DNA of 64,000 nt from Candidatus Anstonellaceae archaeon (lineage in GTDB: Archaea > Micrarchaeota > Micrarchaeia > Anstonellales > Anstonellaceae). Numbering within the stretch: the stretch's first letter is position 1; every line of letters starts with the position of its first letter. Where the stretch lies: NCBI GenBank assembly GCA_038891055.1, contig JAWAEU010000004.1, positions 18,865 to 82,864 on the forward strand, in the 5' to 3' direction. Shown one piece after another: positions 1-7,308 of this stretch. The notes under the pieces are model-generated. The model saw nothing but the letters and a program-made list of their open reading frames with translations. It was not told where the DNA came from and did no database searches. The position numbers were made by a program, and so were the translations under genes.

Positions 1-48
1 TAACAATATTTATTAATGTTTATATTTTTAGATTTTATTAAAAACTTT

Positions 49-684
49 ATGAATAAATTGTTAAAACTATATTATTCGCTTTTAAAAAAATACGGCCATC
101 AGGGCTGGTGGCCATTAATGCAAATAAAACAAAATGACGGCTATCATCCAAGAGATTATAGTTATCCTAAAACAAAAAAACAAATATTTGAAATATGTAT
201 TGGCGCAATTTTAACTCAAAATACTAGCTGGTCAAATGCCTCTAGGGCATTAAAAAATCTACAAAGCAAAACAAATTTTAATATAAAAAAAATATTAAGT
301 TTAAAAAATCAAGAACTTGCAAAAATTATAAAAAGCGCAGGGTATTATAATCAAAAAGCAAAAAAAATTTTAGAATTCAGTAAATTTTTTCAAAAATTAA
401 AAAAAGCTCCAACTCGTCAAGAGCTTTTAGAAATTTGGGGGATAGGGCCTGAAACTGCCGATTCAATACTTCTTTATGCCTATAAAAAGCCACATTTTAT
501 AGTTGATAAATACACCTTTAGATTTCTAAAAAGAATGAGATTTTTGCCAAAAAATTTTAATTTTAATTATCAAAAAATTAAAGAGCTAATAGAAAAAAAT
601 CTAAAGAAAGATTATAAATTATATCAAGAATTTCATGCTCTAATTGTACGAGAAGAAAAAAATAAAAAAATTAAAGTTGCATAG
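49..684 (+). CDS. HhH-GPD base-excision DNA glycosylase (endonuclease III-related), lacking the C-terminal Fe-S motif
   Basis: Motifs GAILTQNTSW, GIGPETADSILLYA (HhH) and VDKYT. Ends FHALIVREEK with no Cys cluster. Start placed at ATG 49. Confidence 0.85.
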   Translation: MNKLLKLYYSLLKKYGHQGWWPLMQIKQNDGYHPRDYSYPKTKKQIFEICIGAILTQNTSWSNASRALKNLQSKTNFNIKKILSLKNQELAKIIKSAGYYNQKAKKILEFSKFFQKLKKAPTRQELLEIWGIGPETADSILLYAYKKPHFIVDKYTFRFLKRMRFLPKNFNFNYQKIKELIEKNLKKDYKLYQEFHALIVREEKNKKIKVA

Positions 685-1357
685 GTACAAAACTTACCAA
701 ACCAAGATCTGTCTTAACAATTTTATTTGAAATTTTTTTAATCTTAATTAGATGCTGAAAATTATCCTCTAGAGAAACTGGAAAAATAGCAACCGAGTTT
801 GGTTTTAGCTGATCAATTAAAAACTCTGGAAAAGTCGGGTAACAAGCTCCAGCTACTATTCTATCAAATGGAGCAAATTCCTCCAATCCAAAATAGCCAC
901 TTTTTAGTATTAAATTTATACTCCTCTCTTGCGCTACAAAATCTGTATTTATAAAAAGATTTACTCTAAACCCTAATTTTTTTAGATTTTCAAACCCAAA
1001 ATAAATTAGTTTTTTAGAATTTTCCAAAGAGAAAATAGTAGCATTAGGACAGAGAGTGGAGAGTAGAGCTGTTAAATAAGCTGAGCCCGTACCTATTTCC
1101 AAAATCTTGTATTCTTTTCCTTTTTTACATTCACAGTCGTTTAATTCCAATTCCTCTATCACTATAGCATGCATATGTGGTGCCGAAATAGTCTGCCCGT
1201 CTTGAATTAATAGTGGAGAATCAAGATAAGCATGAGGTTGTATTTCTTTTGGTATGAAATTTACTCTATCTAGTTTGCAAAACGCATCATAAATTTTCTT
1301 TGATTTTATATACCCCAAAGAATACAGATAATCTACCAGTTCTTTTTGAGTTTTCAT
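671..1357 (-). CDS. pcm: Protein-L-isoaspartate O-methyltransferase
   Basis: Motifs AYLDSPL, GQTISAPHM, LEIGTGSAY, APFDRI and FVPM. Confidence 0.9.
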   Translation of the reverse strand: MKTQKELVDYLYSLGYIKSKKIYDAFCKLDRVNFIPKEIQPHAYLDSPLLIQDGQTISAPHMHAIVIEELELNDCECKKGKEYKILEIGTGSAYLTALLSTLCPNATIFSLENSKKLIYFGFENLKKLGFRVNLFINTDFVAQERSINLILKSGYFGLEEFAPFDRIVAGACYPTFPEFLIDQLKPNSVAIFPVSLEDNFQHLIKIKKISNKIVKTDLGLVSFVPMQL

Positions 1358-1363
1358 AAAAAT

Positions 1364-1756
1364 CTATTTTTCAATATAGTACTCAAACCATTCTACTTTT
1401 TTGTCTAAAACTGTTTTTTTTATTGATTTTTGAGTTTTTGTTAAATAAGATCTCCCACTTTTTACTTCTACAAAAATTATTTTTTCTACCTCGCCACTTT
1501 CCAATCCCTCAAATACTATAAAATCGATCGGTTTTCCAATAAATTTTGCCTCTGATGCTAAAAAAGGAAAGCCCTTCAAGTATGGTGCAAATTGTTCCAA
1601 AATCTGACCTGAGAGTGAGGCTTTAGAGCGAGAGATAGCATCCTCTCTTGATTGTTTTATTTTAGTTGGCAAATAAATAAACAAAAAATAAATAAAAGTT
1701 AAAATTACTCCAAATAAAAAACCTAAAAAAAATAGTATCAAAAGTTCAAGAATCAT
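1364..1756 (-). CDS. Membrane-anchored Holliday junction resolvase-like PD-(D/E)xK endonuclease
   Basis: N-terminal TM helix, then GQILEQFAPYL, FIGKPIDFIVF and FVEVKSG. Confidence 0.8.
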   Translation of the reverse strand: MILELLILFFLGFLFGVILTFIYFLFIYLPTKIKQSREDAISRSKASLSGQILEQFAPYLKGFPFLASEAKFIGKPIDFIVFEGLESGEVEKIIFVEVKSGRSYLTKTQKSIKKTVLDKKVEWFEYYIEK

Positions 1757-1826
1757 AACTTATTAAAAAAAGCAAACATATTTAAACTTATTTTGTTTTA
1801 AATTTTGAGATAAAGGAGGTAATTAA

Positions 1827-2246
1827 ATGCAAAAAATAAAAAAAGGCTCAAAAGTGGTTTTAGACTATGTAGGAAAATTAGAAGATGGGACTATATTTGA
1901 TCGCTCTAGTGCAGAGCATTTTAGCTTCGTAGTAGGAAATGGAGAAGTAATAGAAGGTTTTGAAAAAAATATTATCGGTATGCAAGAAGGAGAGAAAAAA
2001 ACATTTAAATTAGAACCAAATCAAGCATATGGGCCATATTTAGAAGAACTAAAAATTAGAATGCCTATAGAAAAGATTCCTCCAAACACTATGGTTGGAT
2101 CTATTTTGATTATTTCAGATAATAAGGGAAATGAGGCACCGGCTACAGTATTAGAAATAACTTCAAAAGATGCGCTACTTGATTTAAATCATCCACTTGC
2201 AGGAAAAAAGCTAATCTTTGAAGTTAATATAATAAAAATAATGTAA
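1827..2246 (+). CDS. slyD: FKBP-type peptidyl-prolyl isomerase (SlyD-like, no metal-binding tail)
   Basis: YVGKLEDGTIFD, GFEKNIIGM, AYG and DLNHPLAGKKL. SD GGAGGT upstream. Confidence 0.9.
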   Translation: MQKIKKGSKVVLDYVGKLEDGTIFDRSSAEHFSFVVGNGEVIEGFEKNIIGMQEGEKKTFKLEPNQAYGPYLEELKIRMPIEKIPPNTMVGSILIISDNKGNEAPATVLEITSKDALLDLNHPLAGKKLIFEVNIIKIM

Positions 2247-2301
2247 AGAGAAACATAAAAAAAGAAAAAAATAAAGAAAAGAAAAAAAACTATTTAATGC
2301 C

Positions 2302-2334
2302 TCAGCAGCAGCCAGGCTTTTTCTTTCCGCCCAT
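2302..2334 (-). CDS. Candidate 10-aa micropeptide MGGKKKPGCC
   Basis: SD GAGGAGGTG 5 nt before the ATG, TATA-like TTTATAT at about 2391-2398, U-rich tract after the stop. 18 of 33 nt are G+C in very AT-rich flanks. Confidence 0.55.
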   Translation of the reverse strand: MGGKKKPGCC

Positions 2335-2452
2335 TTGTCCACCTCCTCTCTTTTGCTATTTAGTTGGTTAAAATAATTCAAAGAAAAAACATATAAATTT
2401 AATTGATTAATTTTATTTATCGTGGATATGTATCGTAGATTTGGGGGAAAAA

Positions 2453-2596
2453 ATGAAATTTGAATGTCATCGTTGTAAAAAAGAATTTGAAAATTTAAGT
2501 GAAATGAATTTTTTGATGGATGAAAAAGGTTTTACATATACCTATTGCGCAGAGTGTATTCAAAAAATAAAAAATGAGGGAAAAAGTTCTCAATAA
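2453..2596 (+). CDS. 47-aa CxxC...CxxC zinc-finger microprotein
   Basis: MKFECHRCKKEFENLSEMNFLMDEKGFTYTYCAECIQKIKNEGKSSQ, with a GGGGG SD-like run upstream. Absent from the supplied ORF track (shorter than any ORF listed). Confidence 0.75.
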   Translation: MKFECHRCKKEFENLSEMNFLMDEKGFTYTYCAECIQKIKNEGKSSQ

Positions 2597-2782
2597 AAAA
2601 TTGAAAATAACTAAAAATTACCCAGAAATAAAAAGAATTATGCCTAATTCATAAAGATAAAAAAATAAGTAAAAATTAACTATCTTTTTTTTAAAAATTT
2701 AAAAAAAATAATAAAAAAATTAAATTTTTTAAAAAAAAATTATATAAATATTTAAATAATTGATAAGAGAGATAAACAACAG

Positions 2783-2862
2783 AGAAAATGATGGGGGGAT
2801 AGTTTAAGCAGTTCACTTTCTACTTTAATTTTTGTGGCTGCTTTACATCCCTCTCTGATTCT
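2783..2862 (+). ncRNA. Candidate kink-turn (box C/D-like) hairpin RNA
   Basis: AGAA/UUCU stem, 3-nt bulge, AUGAUG...CUGA, then stems GGGGGAU/AUCCCUC and AAGCAG..CAC/GUG.CUGCUU. TATA-like TTATATAAAT at about 2740-2749. Confidence 0.6.
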
Positions 2863-2923
2863 AAAATAAAAAATTAAAAAAAAATAAAAGAGGTTTTATA
2901 AAGAAAATAAAAAAATAAATAAA

Positions 2924-3118
2924 ATGGGAAAAATTATGAATATAAAAATAAAAGAATTTTTTAATTTTTTGAGCTATTCGCTAGTTTTATGTTTATTTTT
3001 ATGTGGCTTTTTTATATATTTTTTAGAAAATAACTTGATAGATTTTTTGGTCATTAGCTTTACTTCTACTTTTTTAGCCATTTTTTTCTTTTTGTTTAAT
3101 AAAAAAATAAAAGGCTAA
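2924..3118 (+). CDS. Small two-TM membrane protein
   Basis: 64-aa ORF with two hydrophobic segments. No family recognised. Confidence 0.45.
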   Translation: MGKIMNIKIKEFFNFLSYSLVLCLFLCGFFIYFLENNLIDFLVISFTSTFLAIFFFLFNKKIKG

Positions 3119-3204
3119 AAAATTTAAAGTGTTAAAAAATAGAAAAATTTATAAATTTAAAGATATAAAAATATTATTTGAAATATAATAAAAAGAGGAT
3201 AAAT

Positions 3205-3708
3205 ATGGAAATAAAAAATAGTCAAAATAAAAAAGAAAACAATATACAAAACGAAAATAGGCAAAAACAATTTGATAAATTTAAACTTAGCCCTGAAGAA
3301 ATCGAAAAAATATTAAAAGCAGACAAGCCTTATTTGGCTGCATCTAGAAATGATTTTGAATCACTAAAAATTCTTATAGAAAATGGAAAAGATGTTAATC
3401 AGCAAGACATTTTTGGATATACTGCCCTAATGATGGCAAGTATAAAAAATAATCTTGAAATAGCAAAATATTTAGTTGAACATAAAGCAGACTTAAATAT
3501 AATTAATTGTTGGGGGGATAGTGCCATAGTATTAGCAGCAGAATTTAATTCAATTGATGTAGGTAAATATCTGCTTGAAAAAGGCGCAGACCCAACTATT
3601 AAAAATTTCTTTGGTTTTGATGCTCTAAGACATACTATAGAAAATCGTAATTTTGAATTTTTTGAACTAATAAAAAAATATTTAGAAAACTATGAAAAAA
3701 ATAAATAA
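3205..3708 (+). CDS. Ankyrin repeat protein
   Basis: Repeats GYTALMMAS, GDSAIVLAA and GFDALRHT with GKDVN/KADLN/GADPT turns. Start at ATG 3205 after GAGG. Confidence 0.9.
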   Translation: MEIKNSQNKKENNIQNENRQKQFDKFKLSPEEIEKILKADKPYLAASRNDFESLKILIENGKDVNQQDIFGYTALMMASIKNNLEIAKYLVEHKADLNIINCWGDSAIVLAAEFNSIDVGKYLLEKGADPTIKNFFGFDALRHTIENRNFEFFELIKKYLENYEKNK

Positions 3709-3760
3709 ATATTAAAAGGATAAGGGAAATATTTAAAAATTAAAAAGAATTAAAAGATTT

Positions 3761-4666
3761 ATGAGAAAGTTAATCAAAAATTTATTTTTAATTATTTTTT
3801 TAGCTGCTTTTTTGAGTGCTCAGACACAAACAACTATCCAAAATTCAAAAATAAATTACCAAGAAAAAAGCCCAAAAAAATTAGAACTATATTTTTGGGA
3901 AGACCAAAAAATTGTTCCCATTGAGTGTATAGAGAAGTGCAAGAACTCTGAGTTTAGTTATAAAATTTTGAGTAAAAATGATTCTTATATTCTACCTATT
4001 GAGTGTAAAAAAATTTGTTTTTCTTCCCAAAAAGAGGAATTGCAAACACTACGGCAAACAGAAAATAAAGTTTTAGAAAAAGTAGAAAAAATTAATAACT
4101 CAGCTCTACAACAAACTCAAGAGAAAAACCAATTGAAAAATGAAGTAAAAGAAGAATTTAGACAAGAAATTCAACAAGTAATAAGAGATAAAAAAGAAAA
4201 TCAACAAATTCAAAAAAATGAGATAGGAGAAATAGCACAACAAAAAAACGAGGAACTAAAAGAGATACAAAATAGATTTAAAGAAGAAGTAAGAGAGAGA
4301 GCTCTAATTAAAATAAAAAATATAACTAAAGAATTAGAAATAAATAAAGAAAAAAATGAGATTAATTTCACATATAAAAACTTTAAAGTTAATTTGAAAA
4401 ATGCTACTTTGGAAAACAACACCATAAAAGTAAATAACAAGACTATTTTGTTACCAGAAGAATTTAATCTAGACGAGCAGCAAATAAAAGAAATGAAGAT
4501 TATACAAAATCAAAATAAAGTAATATACAAAATAAAAACTCAAAATAGTGGAAAATTATTTGGAATTTTTAGAGTAGAATATGAAGAAGAAAAAGAAATA
4601 GATGCAACCTCTAATACTCAAAATGTCCTCTCCTCTCCATGGTGGAAAATATTTGTTTTTAAATAA
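3761..4666 (+). CDS. Secreted coiled-coil protein with C-terminal KLFGIF...IDA...PWW domain
   Basis: Signal peptide, Q/E/K-rich coiled coil, aromatic C-terminal motif. Confidence 0.65.
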   Translation: MRKLIKNLFLIIFLAAFLSAQTQTTIQNSKINYQEKSPKKLELYFWEDQKIVPIECIEKCKNSEFSYKILSKNDSYILPIECKKICFSSQKEELQTLRQTENKVLEKVEKINNSALQQTQEKNQLKNEVKEEFRQEIQQVIRDKKENQQIQKNEIGEIAQQKNEELKEIQNRFKEEVRERALIKIKNITKELEINKEKNEINFTYKNFKVNLKNATLENNTIKVNNKTILLPEEFNLDEQQIKEMKIIQNQNKVIYKIKTQNSGKLFGIFRVEYEEEKEIDATSNTQNVLSSPWWKIFVFK

Positions 4667-4688
4667 TCTAAAATAATTTAATTCTAAT

Positions 4689-5093
4689 TTATTTTTTTAT
4701 TTTCTTTTTGCTTTTTATTTTTTTTACCCTTTTTTTAGGGCGCTTTGGTTGTTTTTCTTCTTCAACTACAACAGGAACTTGTGGTTCGACTTTTTCCTCA
4801 GTCATTGTCTGTTGAGTTGAAGGAGAAGATTGTAAATTAGTTTGAGTAGGAGAAGAAAGCTGGGCTGTTGAAATTGGTCTTGGACTTAAGATATACTGAA
4901 AAATAGCAAAAGCAACTGCTAAAAAAGCAGCATACACAAAAGCAGTTGGGGTGTAAGTATTTAAGAAATAAACAGAACTATAAAAAGGCTTACCAAATAA
5001 AAAATATTCGCCAACAACCCAAATAAAGGCTATGAAAAAAAACCAAAAAATATACAAAAAAACTATTCTTTTTATATTATGAAAGTTTGCCAT
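4689..5093 (-). CDS. Membrane protein with S/T/Q linker and Lys-rich tail
   Basis: Two TM segments and a basic C-terminus. Confidence 0.6.
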   Translation of the reverse strand: MANFHNIKRIVFLYIFWFFFIAFIWVVGEYFLFGKPFYSSVYFLNTYTPTAFVYAAFLAVAFAIFQYILSPRPISTAQLSSPTQTNLQSSPSTQQTMTEEKVEPQVPVVVEEEKQPKRPKKRVKKIKSKKKIKK

Positions 5094-5137
5094 AAAAAAA
5101 CAACTAAAATAGAATTTAAAAATCTAACGCTTGCTTT

Positions 5138-6022
5138 TTAGTCAAAAAATTTACAAGGCTTTCCTCTAATTTCTAAATTTAGTGGAGTAGTAGAAGTTAA
5201 ATTATAACAACCAAAATCAAAAACTCCAAAATTGCTGGTTAAAAGCTCATCGTAGATTCTCTTTTTGACAGTAAAGTTACCGCAACTAAGAACAATTTCA
5301 TCAGAAGAATTAAAATTAAATACAAAAAGTTTTGCAAAATAATTATAATTTCCAAATAAATCCTGACTTTTATTTTGGTCAAAAACTGCACAATAAAAAT
5401 CATTCAAATTTTTTGCAACATACACTGGTGAAGATGCGCATTCCACATCGTCAAAAAAAATTTTTTGCTTTAGCAGCCCTTCTTCATCAAATTTACAAAT
5501 ACTCTCTTTTCTAAATATGCCATTTGAACCAGCGAGTTTTATTTTATCTGAGCAACTATAATATACATTCTGATTAAAAGAGTTTGCATAAATGATTACC
5601 GAGGCCTCTTGGCCCTTCTGTATTATCATTGGTTTTACCTCAATTTTACAAATAGGAGAATCTTTTTTAGCATTTGTTGGATCTAAAGAGATATACCCAG
5701 ATATTATAAATTCAACTGGTTTTATTTTAAAATCATCTTCTTCTACATATTCCGAATTATTAGTAAAGTTTATAGTTATGTTATCTAAACTAAATTCTTC
5801 TTCTGAATTGTTTGGCTGAAGTTGTTGATATTTATTTAAAGGGGAATCGTTCTGAGTTATTTTACTCTCCTCCTCTTTAGTTTGGGCTATATTTACTTCC
5901 AAAGCATCTTTCTTTAAATTTTCTAGAGTAGATTTTGAAGAAGAGTTAGATTGGGTCACACATCCACTAAAAATAAAAAAAATAACTAAAAAAAAGGAAA
6001 AATATAAAAAAAACTTTTTCAT
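5138..6022 (-). CDS. Putative lipoprotein / surface protein
   Basis: MKK, hydrophobic stretch and FSGC lipobox; several paired Cys. Confidence 0.65.
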   Translation of the reverse strand: MKKFFLYFSFFLVIFFIFSGCVTQSNSSSKSTLENLKKDALEVNIAQTKEEESKITQNDSPLNKYQQLQPNNSEEEFSLDNITINFTNNSEYVEEDDFKIKPVEFIISGYISLDPTNAKKDSPICKIEVKPMIIQKGQEASVIIYANSFNQNVYYSCSDKIKLAGSNGIFRKESICKFDEEGLLKQKIFFDDVECASSPVYVAKNLNDFYCAVFDQNKSQDLFGNYNYFAKLFVFNFNSSDEIVLSCGNFTVKKRIYDELLTSNFGVFDFGCYNLTSTTPLNLEIRGKPCKFFD

Positions 6023-6076
6023 AAAGTACAAAACTACAATAAATTATAAAAGCATTTTGATAAAGAATTTTGTTTG

Positions 6077-6625
6077 CTATTTGTGGTTTAGTTTTTCTAA
6101 TAACTTATCTATCTTTAGATAAAGTTCATCTAAAGAGCCATTGTTTTGGATGTAAAAATCTCCAACTTTTAAAACTTCTAACAATTGTTGAGAAGTTGTA
6201 GAAGTATTTTCTTCTAATCTTTCTATTCTTACAAATTCTTCAAAAGTTTTTGGATCTCCTTCTCTATTTCTTTTCTTCATTCTCTCAAATCTTATCTGTG
6301 GGTCAGACTGGATAATAATTAAAAAAAATTTAGGTAATTTTTTTAATTCCTCTACTTCTGCTAAATTTCTAATAGATACAATTACTCCATCCTTTGTATA
6401 ATCTATTTTTTCTATTACTTTTTTTGCAAAAAAATTCGGGCCATTTTCTTGGCGTAATTTATTTGCATAAAAAATTAAATTCTCCCTATTTATTTCTATA
6501 TTTTGTTGTTTTAAAAATTCTCTAATAACATCTGAAAGAGAATAGTAAATAAAGCCTTTTTTTACTAAATACTCTGCAACCGTATCTTTACCTGCGCAAT
6601 TCCTTCCACTTATTCCTATAAACAA
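6077..6625 (-). CDS. Nucleoside monophosphate / dephospho-CoA kinase-like P-loop protein
   Basis: GRNCAGKDT, SLSDVIR, IRNLAEV, RFERM..RNREGD and IQNNGSL. Confidence 0.8.
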   Translation of the reverse strand: MFIGISGRNCAGKDTVAEYLVKKGFIYYSLSDVIREFLKQQNIEINRENLIFYANKLRQENGPNFFAKKVIEKIDYTKDGVIVSIRNLAEVEELKKLPKFFLIIIQSDPQIRFERMKKRNREGDPKTFEEFVRIERLEENTSTTSQQLLEVLKVGDFYIQNNGSLDELYLKIDKLLEKLNHK

Positions 6626-6705
6626 TTTAACACCTAAAGGCTGCTAAATAAATATAAACAAATATAAAAAATTATATTTATTAAATTATAGGGGAAAAAA
6701 TTAAT

Positions 6706-7308
6706 ATGGATATTGTTTTAGCTTCAGCTTCTGAAGAAAGAAAAAGAATATTAAAAAAAATAATAAAAAAATTCGAAATCTTTCCAAATACTGCTAAAAT
6801 TAGAATTAAACCATTTAAAAATATTTCACAAAGGGTAAAAAGCATTGCATACTTTAAAGCCCTCAGAATTTGTCTAAAAAAGCCAAGAAAAATCATTATA
6901 GCTGCAGATACAATAGTAGAAAACAAAAACAAAATATTCTCAAAACCCAAAAATAAAACAGAAGCAAAAAGATTTTTAAAGACTTTTTTGGGAAATAAGA
7001 TAAAAATTTATACCTCTATTTGTCTTGCTTATTTTAATGGAGAATCTAGACCAAAAACAAAATGTTTTTGTTTTAGTACCACTATAAAACTCAAAAAATT
7101 GAAAGAAAATCAAATAGAAAGATATATTTCTAAAAATAAATGGAAAAATAAAGCAGGGGCTATTGATATAAACGATAGATTTTTTTTGACTTTTTTGGAG
7201 AGCAAAATAGACAAAACACAACAAGAGCTAATCGCCGGTCTTCCTTCAAAACATCTAAAAGAAAAACTTGCAGAATTTAAAAAGCTAATCAAAAAAAGCT
7301 ATTTTTAG
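6706..7308 (+). CDS. maf: Maf family nucleotide pyrophosphatase
   Basis: IVLASASEERK, AADTIV, SKPKN, KAGA and GLP. Confidence 0.8.
   Translation: MDIVLASASEERKRILKKIIKKFEIFPNTAKIRIKPFKNISQRVKSIAYFKALRICLKKPRKIIIAADTIVENKNKIFSKPKNKTEAKRFLKTFLGNKIKIYTSICLAYFNGESRPKTKCFCFSTTIKLKKLKENQIERYISKNKWKNKAGAIDINDRFFLTFLESKIDKTQQELIAGLPSKHLKEKLAEFKKLIKKSYF

Noticed and set aside
2597-2760. Palindromic A/T runs as a possible replication origin
   Set aside because: Low complexity, no ORB-like G-string repeats and no adjacent cdc6/orc1 gene.
2783-2862. K-turn hairpin as a eukaryote-like SECIS for the UGA of the MGGKKKPGCC ORF
   Set aside because: The hairpin is on the opposite strand and upstream of that ORF, and no Sec machinery is visible in the window.
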